Notes under the pieces: generated by a model
Database searches by the model: none
What the model was told of the DNA's origin: nothing
Seen by the model: the letters and a program-made list of their open reading frames with translations, nothing else
Assembly (NCBI RefSeq): GCF_009834535.1
Contig: NC_045702.1
Location: 81,778,001 to 81,842,000 of the forward strand
Direction: 5' to 3'
Source: Camelus ferus
Lineage: Eukaryota
DNA: 64,000 nt
Program-made: the position numbers and the translations under genes
Shown here: in pieces, positions 11,004 to 22,656 of the stretch
Numbering within the stretch: the first letter of the stretch is position 1
Layout of the letters: every line of letters starts with the position of its first letter

Positions 11004-14000
11004 ATGGTAAGCCAGCTAATCTGGCTGACATTACTGTTTTGGAAGCAAGACGTTCTTGATGGAGGCAGAGATGCTCTGATTCACACGTTTCCTCATCTCC
11101 CTGCAGACTAGTGACAGTCCCTGAACCGGCAGCCAGTCTGCAGGTCACACCCAGTAACACTGCCTCAGAGGGTCCTGCTCCGGCCTCTTCCAGCCACACA
11201 CCTGCCGGCACCGCAGGGTGATGGGCCAGAGAGGCCTGGAGCCCGGTGCCCCTTTTGGACCACACTCGGGATCCTGGGATTCGAGAAATCTCCAGAACAA
11301 CAGACTCTGAGCCTGGCTCTAGTGCCTGGCCAGGACTCGTCTTGGGAGTTCCTCCTTTGGAAGACAAACCACGCCATCTCCCCAAGTGCATGTGTCCCTC
11401 GACCAAGGACTAGCTGTTGGGGGGAGGGCTGGGGATGGGGCCTGGATCTGCAGCGGGGCATCTCCCACGCCTCTCCAGAGCCAGAGCAGGGAGAGAAGAG
11501 AACAGGCGACGATGGTCCTGGCACGAGACCCTGGCACGGGCATCTGAGAATTCTCTCCTAAACCTGGCTGTTTACACCTGCTAAGTATTTAGATACGCAG
11601 CCTGTGATCTCCCACTTGTAGTCCTGAAGATATTAGGGGACGGCCTGAATGCCCCACAGGAACTGAGCCTCCAGGTTTGGGAGGCTGGGGTCAGTTTGGT
11701 TAAATTCCCAAGTTGGGAAGGCATTGTTCCAACAAAAACATCCACCCCATCAAGTGGACCAGACAGATGGCCCCCAGGTTCCTCGGGGGAGACATTCCTG
11801 ATGCTCCCTGGACCCCCAAAAGGGAATGGCCTCGGAACCAGTGGTTGGTAAGCGCATATTGTAAGGTACTGTCTTAGCACCTACGGTAAAGAAGGGTTCA
11901 TTTTTCTTTGGTTCTTTCTCTCATTTCTCACTTTCTTAAATGTTTTTAGGGATTTCTGATGATAGAAGCACACTGATGAGGATCCCCCAGGTGTTCTGAG
12001 CTCAGCCCTGGCTGAGGGCATGACACAGCCTCAAAATGAAGGGGTCTTTCTTATCTCGGGATTGACCAGGAGAGACGGAAATCGAAGGGCCGGTTAGCTT
12101 CGGAGGAACAGCCGACATCACTACAGATGTCTTAGCTCTGCCCAGCACACAGGGGGTGGAGCGAAATGAATGATCGAAATAATGAGGCTCAGGAAGGAAA
12201 TTTAAAAAAAAAAAAAAAAAAAAAGGAAGGAGGGGGTAAAAAGGAGAAAAGAAGAACCCCATAAGAGCCATTTTTTGGCTCCAGACAGAAAGGATGAGAG
12301 AGAGCAGAAAGTTAAAGGCGCATTTATTATGTAACCTCTCGTATGTTTGCAATAAACACAAAAACAAGACTGGGACTTACTCTGATAAGGACTGCTGTCT
12401 AGGGGGAAGAAAGGATGCCAACGATCTGAATGATCAGGCTATGATTTTCATCCAGGCCACATGTCCACCGTCCAAACCCCAGAGAGAACTGACGTATTTT
12501 TTGAGGAAAAAATTCCTTTTCCAATATGCAAAAAAATGTGATTATTTACCTGTCGATGACCTTCGCACTAACACTATCTGAAAGTATCTCAGAAAAAAAA
12601 AAAAAAGATGCATGTGATCTAAAACTACTCAACACACCAGACTGATTTCTAGAGAAAACTCTCCAGGGAATTTTCATAAATAATAACCACAGCAGGACTA
12701 GTCACACTGAAATAAAATGAGAAAAAAAAAACCAAACATCCAAGCAGTCTGGGATTAGACGCAGCTCTGGAACACAAGGGACTCTCCGGCCTGACAATTC
12801 CCCAGATTCTCATCTCGAGTTTGTTCCCCGAGGAACTCGGAGGATCAGCTTTCAAATGGTGTGTTGGCTCTAATTCATTTTACTAATTAGTGCTATGTTT
12901 TGTAATCAACAAGTTTTAAATAAAGAAAGGAAGAGCTTGGGCTAAACAGAGAGGAAAGGCTGTCAGAACTGTTCTAAAATTGATACGATTTCATTAATTC
13001 TTCTTCGTTCAGAACAAATGCAGCCTCTCCCACCCCTGAACACAGAATACGACTGGCTTCAGGAAATGTCTAAAAATGAAACAACTTCCCTCAGGTTTTA
13101 GAAGGACTAAGAGTTCATCTAGTCCAGAACCCAGGGAAGCTCTGAAAGACCTGTCACACCTCACACCCCGTCGTGTGCAATTTAAATACCTAATGTTTAG
13201 TCGAGGAACTTTCTCTTTCCAGGGGCAGCATTTTGTCCAGCTCTCATCATCAAATCAGTTTTCCTTTTGTTGAGCCTAAATCTGTTTCCTCTGGGGTTTG
13301 CAGGCATGGGGAACAAATCAGACCCACCTTCCACAAGACGGTGACCCACCCTCCAATATCTGAAGGCAGTTACCCGCCTGAAACCCTCACATCTCTCCCC
13401 TGGTTCTACCAATCGCTCTTAACCAGGCATGTTTATCTATCTCTGCTTGACCCAACCAGGGTATCTTTAGAACTCTGAGTGCTGAGTGAGCCAAGTGGTA
13501 TTTTCTAGAAACAATATGAGCATCATTCTAATAGAATGTTGTTCTGTTTCTGGTGGCAAGAATCCCATTAGCTAGCTTTGGTGGCAAATCTCAGCGTCTA
13601 GTAAAAAGTGAATTTATAGTTAATTAAAGACCCTGGGTTACTATCCTGATTTTTAATCTCCTTGGAGCTACTGCAGTGTTTTGATTTTTCAGGATCTTTG
13701 AGGACCTTGATTCAGTCATTACCTGGATTTCAAAATTCCTCGTAAACCACCTGGATGATAATTGAGCTCTAGGACTTTGTCCCGGAAACAAACAAATATC
13801 CAACTGTTACGCGGAACAGGGCTGGGGGCAAGCCCAGCAGCCTGCTTCCAGAAACAGCCCCCCTGGCTGATGTCCAGCCCCCTCATTATCCGCCCAATGA
13901 ATGCTTAGTGCAGTCGTCACACTCCATCTTGGCCAAAGGCGCTTATTAAATGTTTTGCTGAAGTCCTAACACCTATTTCACTGCATTCTTGTGACCAGCT

Positions 14001-16169
14001 AGTCTAACGGTATTGCCAAAGAAAACACCAGCTCGGTCTAACATGACTGTTTTGTGCGTGTGTGTGCCCAGAGGGTCCCCATGACTGCAATTTCGTCTTG
14101 TGATAAGATGACAAACTTTTAAGCAATAAAAATCTAGTTTCTTCTAGAAGCGACTTCAGGTTCTCCACCTGTAATTTTGAGATTTCTTTCTCTTGCCTCC
14201 TTTGAAAGTGTAGAAGTACCATCTTCAGTCTCCCAGCCCCTCACCCCATTTTGGGGATTGCTCAAAAATGTCTGGTTCGTGGTTCCATTTGTAAGGAGCC
14301 TCGAGAGATTTTGCCACTCAACGGGCTTCTGATCCCCTCTGCCAACCATGATCTTCATCCCGTTTCAGCTGGACAGGAGCTCTCCTTTGTTTCCCTGCTG
14401 TCCCCGTTTTGGAGGGGACAGGTCTCATCCGAGTCACTGACGTACCCTCAGTTCCGTGTCTCAAGTGCATGTTCATTCAAACGAACACACAGGCCGGAGC
14501 ACACTAGGAAGTGAACTGTTTTGCTTCCACGGCCCTGTGTCACCTCTAAACTGTTAGTTCCAAGGACTGTGCCTCTCCTCGCCCAGGCCCCACAGCAGCC
14601 ATCCTGAGGACCTCAACATGCCTCACCAGCCACCGGACAGGAGGTAGGCCGGGAAGTCTGTGCCACACCTCCCTCTTGTCTCCAGGCAGGCCCTGCACTT
14701 TCTTTCCATCTTTTGTACATATGACTTAAAGTCCAACTTTATTAAAGAATTCCAGTGGGACCCATGTTTTTCATACTTGGTGTTTGCTTTCTTAGATGAG
14801 CTGTGGTTGCTCAGTCAGGATGGTTTTCCTGGGCAACCCTCCACTCTCTTGGGGTAGCTTCCCCTCCAGAACCTTGTGCTCCCTCTCCAGGCCCATCGGG
14901 AAGCTTGGACGTGCAGTCTGAGCACCCCTGGAGCTGAGGCTGTGTCTTGTTACAGCACCAAGGGGCTGGCCTGCTGACTGCTTCCACCCTGGAGAAGTTC
15001 CATCCTTGCCTCTCTCCATGTGAGGGGCTACAGCTTTAAGAGAAACTGGTAAGTAAGAACAGAGATGCCAGGTGGGAGTGGTGACTGAGAGCTTGGAATT
15101 TCAAGTTCCCAAAGTTTTGCTGTCTTCTGGTGTTGTTCCCAGGCCTAAGTTTAATATAACCATGACACACCCTTGCTGCAGCAAAAGACAAATGCGTGTT
15201 TTGCGTGAGCGCATGAGTTTTATGTTGCGTCAAGAGGACCAGCCCTAGATGCGCGACTGACTTTCACCTTTGTTTGGATACAGGAGTCTGATGTTTGTGA
15301 TGTTTCAGTGGTACTCAACTGGCAGTAAATACGTGGGGGAAGGCAGGTTCCCCTTGTGAGAGTAAAGTGGAGATAGAGACAGAGACCCAGAGGAACTGTG
15401 TGTTGAGGGCAGGGATGGGGTGAGTGAAGGAGAGGATGGTAAAGTGCATAAATTTAATACCTGAGGAAATCTAAACACCAAACTTTCACTATATGCTCAG
15501 AGCAGCCATCTAAAGCAAGAGAATCCGTGTATGAGTGAACCAGGAAGTCGGCAGCAAAGCCACCCACTAACCAGATTAGTGACCTTAGATAAGGCTCTTG
15601 ACCTTTCTAGACTTCATTGTACTTGGTTTAAAAGGTAGGTAGTGAGTTAGGTCATTTTTAAGACTCTGATTTAGAAGTAATCATAAAAGTAATATCCAGC
15701 TATGGACTCACAAATGAGCTACCATGAGAGTACTATGTTCATTCCTCCGGATCAGAGCATCAACTGGGTCCCCATTCATCTGAATTACCATTTAGAAATA
15801 AAATTTGGTCCACCTACCAGTCTATTTTATTTGTCCAAGCCCACATGACCTAGCACTCTGAATATCTGGTCTATGCATTTGTCCGGACAGTCTTACCCCT
15901 TTGGGGGGAAAAGTGGTGAGCACAGATGGATGGGACTATTTGCTGAGTGATGCCTGTATGCCCAGAGATGGCAGTGCGCTCTGAGGAGAAGCACCCAGAG
16001 AGCCAGCTAGAGCCCACAGCCCAGGGAGGGCAGGCAGAGCCCAGGTAAAGAGGAGAGGTTCTGGGGGAGGCAGAATGATGAGTACTTCACAGAGGCCAAC
16101 GAGGTTGGAGGTTAAGATCAACTGAGAAGGCAGAGCTTGTGCAAGACAGCTTAAAACCAGCTGTAGGTT

Positions 16170-16699
16170 TAGCAGTTTCTCAAATAAATTAAACCCAGTA
16201 TTACCATATGATCCAGCAATCTCACTTCCAGAAATACACCCCAATGATTTAAAAGTAAGTGTTGAAGCTAAAACGAACGTTCATAAAAACACAATGGTCA
16301 ACAGGTGGAAACCATTGAAATTGTTTCAACAGATAAAGGGAGAAACAAAGTGTGGTATTGTCAATACAATGGAACATGAGGCAGCCACAGAAAGGAACGA
16401 AGCACCAGCACGTGCCACAACGTGCATGAACCTTGAACACACTGTGCTAAGTGGAAAAAAACACAAAAGATCATATATGACTCCATTTGTTTGAGCTGTT
16501 CAGCATAGGCAAATAATCCAGAGCCAAAGCAGATTCGTAGTTTTCAGGGGCTACGGGGGAGGAAGAAAGAGAAGTGACTGCTTAATGGGTATAACTTCCT
16601 TTTCAGAATGAGGAAAATGTCCTGGAATTAGACAGCAGTGATGATTGCACAAAATCGTGAATGTAATGGCACTGAGTTGCACACTTTAAAATGGTCAAA
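16170..16699 (+). mobile_element. Old LINE-1 3' end (L1MB-like), interrupted by a younger L1
   Basis: ttaccatatgatccagcaatctcacttcc...gaaccttgaacacactgtgctaagtg...cactgagttgcacactttaaaatggt. Its terminal part resumes at about 18345-18395. Confidence 0.75.
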
Positions 16700-18344
16700 A
16701 TGAGTACGCGCACTCTCATCAGTTCTATTCAGTATGGCACTGGAGGTCTTAGCCAGAGATATTAGGCAAGAAAAGGAAATAAAAGCATCAAAATTGGAAG
16801 AGATGAAGGTAAGTTGTCTCTGATTATACATGATAAGATTTTATGCCACCAAAAAAAAAAAAAAGCCACCTGTTAGAAATAATAAACTAATTAACAAGTT
16901 AGTAAAGTTTCAGGGCACCAAATAAACATACAAATATCAGCTGGGTTTTTTACACACTAATAATTAACCATCTAAATGAAAGAGAAATTTGAAAAAGCAA
17001 TCTCATTTACAACAGCATCAAGAACAGTAAAATATCTCGGGAGGTTAAGACCTTATGCTGAAAACTATGAGATATTGATTCAAAAAAATTAAAGGACACA
17101 AATAAATGGAAAGATAGTCCATGTTCTTGGATGGGAAGAATTAATATTGTTAAAACACTCATCCTACCCTAAGTGATGTACAGATTCAGTGCAACTCCTA
17201 TCAAAATTCAAATGGCATCTTCCACAGAAATAGCAAAAAATCATTTGAAGTGGATTAAAGACCCCAAACTGTGAAATTCCTCAAAGTAAACACACTGGTC
17301 ACCGGACACTGGTCTTGGCAATGATTTTTTGGATCTGACACCAAAAACACAATGCAAGCAAAAATAAACAAGTGGGACTACATCAAACTAAAAAGCTTCT
17401 GCATGGCAAAGGCAACAAAATGAAAAGCAATCTACAGAATGGGAGAAAGTATGTGCAAACCACACGTCTGCTAAGGGGTTAATAGCCAAAATATGTAAGG
17501 GAGTCATCCAACTCGATAGTAAAAAAACCCAAATCATCCGATTTTAAAATGGGCAGAAGATCTGAATGGACATTTTTCCGAAGAAGACATACAAATGGCC
17601 AATAGGTCCATGGAGAGGGGTTCAACATCACTAATCACTGGGAAATGCAAATCAAAGCCACACTGAGATACTGTCTTCCACCCATTAGGATGGCTATGAG
17701 CAAAAAGAGAAGAGATAACTAATGTTGGTGAGAATATGGAGAAAAGGGGACCCTGGTGCACTGTTGATGGAAATGCAAATTGGTACAGCCATCATGGAAA
17801 ACAGTAAGGAGGGTCCTCAAAAAATGGAACATCATTCAGCCATTGAAAAAAAAAAAAGAAAATCCTGCCATTTGTGACAACATGGATGAACTTGGAGGAC
17901 ATTATGATAAATGAAATGTCAGATAGAGAAGGACAAATACTGCAAGGTATCACATGAGGAATTAAAAAAAAATAAAGTGAAAGCCATAGAAACAGTATTA
18001 TCACGGTTGCCAGGGCCAGTGGAGTGGGGGGACGAACAGATGCATAGATGTGGGTCAAAGGGTACCAACTTTCATTTACAAGATGTCTAAGCTGAGAATC
18101 TATAGACGGCATGGTGACTATACTTAAGAATTGTACACTTGAAATGTGCCCAGAGAGATCTTAAGTGTTCTCACCACACACGTAATGAAAGGTAACTATG
18201 TGAGATGATGGCTGTGTTAATTAAAGTGATTTTGTTGATCATTTCTCATTGTATATGCAAATCAAATTATCTCACTGTACACTTTAAGTAGATACAATTT
18301 TATTCTTCAATTACACCTTTCAGTAAAACTAGAAAAAAATAAAT
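16700..18344 (+). mobile_element. LINE-1 fragment (ORF2 remnants with internal deletions plus 3' UTR), nested insertion
   Basis: Recognisable ORF2 motifs (aataaatggaaagatagtcc, gggaagaattaatattgtt, aagtgggactacatcaaactaaaaagcttctgc, ggtgagaatatggagaaaagg) and an A-rich tail. TSD aaaatggtcaaa at 16688-16699 and 18345-18356. Confidence 0.9.
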
Positions 18345-18967
18345 AAAATGGTCAAATGGTAAATGTTACATAATCTGTATTTTAACGCAAATTTTTTTCT
18401 TAAAAAGTTAAAAAACAACCAAACAAACAAAAACCCTGCTGCAGCCAGTGAATGAACTGGCCAGGCTCCTGACCCAGATGGTCCTTCCATCCTCCCGCCC
18501 CCTCCGGCCGGTCTGCACTGCGCATGCCCGTGCTTTCCTGCCTCTGAGCAGAAAAGCTAATTCTAATGAGCTCACGTGTCAGAGCAATATAAATTACGGC
18601 GAGGGAAAAAAAAAGAAACAACTTGATGCATGGCTGAGGATCTAAAAGAGGAATGTCCACCATTGTTTGTGATTATGGATCACATCACAATCTAATAGCA
18701 ATTTTTATTTAATCAATAATTTCCATGCTGAACAGACAGCCCTGTTACAGAGAATCGACAAGCAGGTACTGATAGCGACAAGGCTCGTTATTAATCTTTC
18801 CTCCGCCGGCTTATCAGCCAAACTACTGTAAAAGGCACCACCAAGATGGATTTTAGAAGCCACTTCTCTCCTCCCCGCCCCTCCTTTTCCTTTTCCTTCT
18901 CCCATAACCCATCATGTAATGGAGACTCTAAATTTATTTGAGTAACCGGGGGCTTGCGTGGCATAAA

Positions 18968-19203
18968 NNNNNNNNNNNNNNNNNNNNNNNNNNNNNNNNN
19001 NNNNNNNNNNNNNNNNNNNNNNNNNNNNNNNNNNNNNNNNNNNNNNNNNNNNNNNNNNNNNNNNNNNNNNNNNNNNNNNNNNNNNNNNNNNNNNNNNNNN
19101 NNNNNNNNNNNNNNNNNNNNNNNNNNNNNNNNNNNNNNNNNNNNNNNNNNNNNNNNNNNNNNNNNNNNNNNNNNNNNNNNNNNNNNNNNNNNNNNNNNNN
19201 NNN
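18968..19203. other. Assembly gap (236 N)
   Basis: Run of N. Confidence 0.99.
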
Positions 19204-20520
19204 TAGCAATTAAAGTGGCTGCCAGAAGCCAAATGGCTCAGTACTGAGACTCCAGCGAAGTTTATCTCCGCTGAACACGAGGGGAATACAGCGAGGGCTG
19301 TGTTTTCTTTGCAGTTCGTTTGACTGCTTTATCCGGCTGGTAGGAACCGCACCATCTCTGGCCAAGCGGTACAGGAGAGGGAGGTGCAAAGACCTTTCAC
19401 CACCTCCAGAAAGACGCCTGGGAAGACCTGCGCTCCATGAGTCTGGCTCTTCCACCTGTCCCAGAGAGAAAGCTTGGCTCCTGGGGACACATCACGTGTG
19501 CTGAAACACGAAGGTAACACCCAAGATCACTCTCCCAAGTACCCTGATTACTCTTACTTTAAAAAGAGACAATGAAATTGGGGAGCCTTAAGTAATGAGC
19601 CTGGGCCACGCCCACAAGAGACAGGGGTTCCGAGGGCAAAACCACCTCCCAGGTGCTCAGTCGGCAACTGGAAATTTCAGACGGCTCTCTGAACAGCCCT
19701 CTTCAACATCTACATTAACTGCAAAAACCACAACTCTGAAACGTCTCTGAACTCTCCTCCCGAGTTTGCAAAAATAAGTTAAAACAATTGCCACTTCAGA
19801 GTCTCCCTCTCCGCCCTGCTCCACTCTACCCCGGCCGTCTTCAGTACAGCTTGGCAAAGCTCAGCCCCCATCTTTCTAAAGCTCGCGCTAGCCCAAGTCA
19901 TTCCTCTCATCAGAAATTGATTTTCCTTACGCCCTTTGGAATATACGTCAGACTGCTAGTCTGGCAGTCAGGTTGCCCATGACACGGTGCTACCCTGCTC
20001 CTTAGCCTTCCTCCCCACTACTTGCTGCCTTCCAGAACACTGTGGTTCTATCAAAGCTGCAGTCCTGACCACTCTTCAGTCCAAAAGCACAGAAGGAATT
20101 ATTTTGTAATTAGATGTCTAACTCAAAGAAGTGTCAACAATCGAGGCTTTCATTGTCTAAGCAATGTATAGAGAAAATTCTCCCATACTCTCTGCATTCA
20201 TTAACTTCTTCCTGCTGTCTTTTCCACATGTGAGCCCCAAGTCCTCCCGGCAGTGGGCTTTCCCTATTTAAAACCACTTGCTTTTTCGAGACCATGTTCA
20301 AATCCAGTCTACACCAGGCCTTTCGTAGTCCTTCTGCATCTTCACTTTGTTTTCCTATTGCTCTGCTTGTATCTCTATTGTCCTCCCAATAGCCTGCTCT
20401 GACTCCTCCTGAGCAGCCTGCCTTATGTGTTCTCCTTACCCAAAGGGGTAGACATCAAAAGATGCGTGTATCAAGTCCCCAACCCTAAGTCCATAGGCTT
20501 TTTACTTCTCAACACTATGC

Positions 20521-20554
20521 CTGCAATTTGTGTATCGGCCACTAGGTGGCAATG
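20521..20554 (+). promoter_or_regulatory. Predicted CTCF binding site: core plus upstream motif
   Basis: CTGCAATTTG-TGTAT-CGGCCACTAGGTGGCAATG. The core CCACTAGGTGGCA fits CCASYAGRKGGCR exactly, and a CTGCA-type upstream module sits 5 bp before it. Confidence 0.7.
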
Positions 20555-20724
20555 ATGTACCATAGCAGGTAAGATCAACAATCTACAGAGGTCAGAGGGC
20601 ACAACCAAATTACCAACGTACTTATATACTCTTTATTGTGATGAAAAGGCTCCTTAATCTCACCATTCTTCTATTAATCAGGTTTATTAATACTACTTCT
20701 CCTGGATTCTATTCCTCTTTATAT

Positions 20725-20900
20725 TTGAATAATGCTTTAGAATATGCAAAGCATTTCCATGTCATGATCTCATTCTATCCTCACACACACAAAACTTAAA
20801 AAATCCTATGAGGAAAGTAGGATAGATATTATTATGTCTACTTTACTGATGAGAAATTCAGGACTGAAGTCGTTGGGTGACTTACTTAAAGTTAGAAACA
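20725..20900 (-). mobile_element. MIR fragment
   Basis: catgatctcattctatcctcac...tcctatgagg...attattatgtctactttactgatgagaaattcagg...gggtgacttac, the MIR core. Confidence 0.65.
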
Positions 20901-22399
20901 GTTTTTGGCAGATAGAGGACAAACAGTAAACCTCCAACACATCATCCAATGCTCTCGCCACAGCTCCACTCACTGAGTAATGCTGGTTTTGCTGGTAATG
21001 GGGTGGGGCGGGGGTGGCTTCAGTTTAAGGACTTGGTCTACACATAGTCTTTTGAGGATATGCCATTTACAGTTCTCTTCTCTTGCCAACACGAACTGTT
21101 CCAGAAACGAACAAGAAATCCATCCACGGCAGTATTTAGCTAATCTTAGGACAGCCTAAATGTCCCTGAATCTTCAGAAAGTCCTTCCATTAGAAAATTG
21201 CTTTCTGTTCCTGGAGCTCTGTTTTATGTCACAGCGGGAGCCTGATATTCAACCCCACTTGCCATGATCTCAGAAACTGAAGTCTGAGTGACTTCCCTCG
21301 GGCTGCACACACACACAAACAGTGACGGGATTTCTCCACCACGACAAAGGGCTTGTCTGGTTATGGGGCTTTTTGAGAACTACTGAGTGTGCCTAACCTT
21401 AGCAAATGTGATTTTAAAATTAAGTTCTGCCAATTTATGCACAACACACACGCACGCACCACATACATGCACACACACATGCACACACAGAGACGTACAT
21501 GTATAATATACATTAAATAGTCTTTTGCAAGAGACTATTTAGTGAGGCTATCTTTACTTTTTAATCCAAACAATATTAAAGTACATTTAGGGAAGAGAAA
21601 ATTTCTCTTTAATCACAAATATACTTTTTTGCTTTTGTTGTTTATTTCTTCCCATATGGCAAGAAGAAAGATTAGGGCAGAACTGGGGGCAATTCCCACC
21701 CGTAACCCAGGACATTTTGTTGTCACAATGGGGGAAGGCCACTCCCAACATCTAGTCGGCAGAGGTCAGCACGCTGCTAACAGTCCTAAAACAAACAGGA
21801 CAGCCTCCATCATAAGAGAACCCATGGCCCTCTGGTGCCCAGATTGAGAAGCCTTGGTTTAGGGTGATGATTAAGGAGAACTTTCAGAAGGATGTCAAGA
21901 CACTCAAGGCTCCAAAACTCAACAAGAAACAAACAAGTCCAGTGAGAGATCTGAAGTGCGAGAACAGGCCCAGGGACCTCTCCAGTCCTTCTCTCTTAGG
22001 GCTCATGAACCCAAGGCTAAGTCAGCGTCTTTATGCAATGATTAATTTCATGGTGACATGCCAGTGTAAACACCGCCTGAACACCAACCTAAACCGTGTT
22101 TTTGTAGGCAACACATATGGACTTAGCAGCCAGAAAATATTTTTACATTTTTCATTTTTATATGGAGAATCACTAACATTTTGTTGAGTATAATTTTTAA
22201 GCTAATTCCCCCAACTGTTTTATGAAGTAAATACTATCATCTTTGTTTCAGAGAAGAAATGGGACATGGCAGGGTGGAGAGCCATCTTCGAATCCAGGAC
22301 TGTCAGCTTTGAAACGCACACTGTACTGTCTTAGGAGAACAGTGGCAAGCTAAAGCTTTCCTTCGGACAGCGTGTTATTTCTTCTTACAAAATCAGTAC

Positions 22400-22656
22400 T
22401 ATCATCTTCATCCTCACCATCACCATCCTCATCATCCTCATCATCACCCCCATCCTCATCATCATCCTCACCATCACCATCCTCATCATCACCACCATCT
22501 TCATCATCACTCCCATCCTCATTATCATCCTCACCATCACCATCCTCATCATCACCACCATCTTCATCATCACTCCCATCCTCATTATCATTCTCACCAT
22601 CACCATCCTCATCATCATCACCATTGTCATCACCATCATCATCATCATCATCATCA
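22400..22656. repeat. Compound (CAT/CAC/CCT)n trinucleotide array with a 63-bp higher-order period
   Basis: Near-identical 63-bp units start at 22438, 22501 and 22564, with partial units on both flanks. Confidence 0.95.

Noticed and set aside
18912-19247. ORFs spanning N gaps (also near 26.4, 29.7 and 48.1 kb)
   Set aside because: Artefacts of translating N as X.
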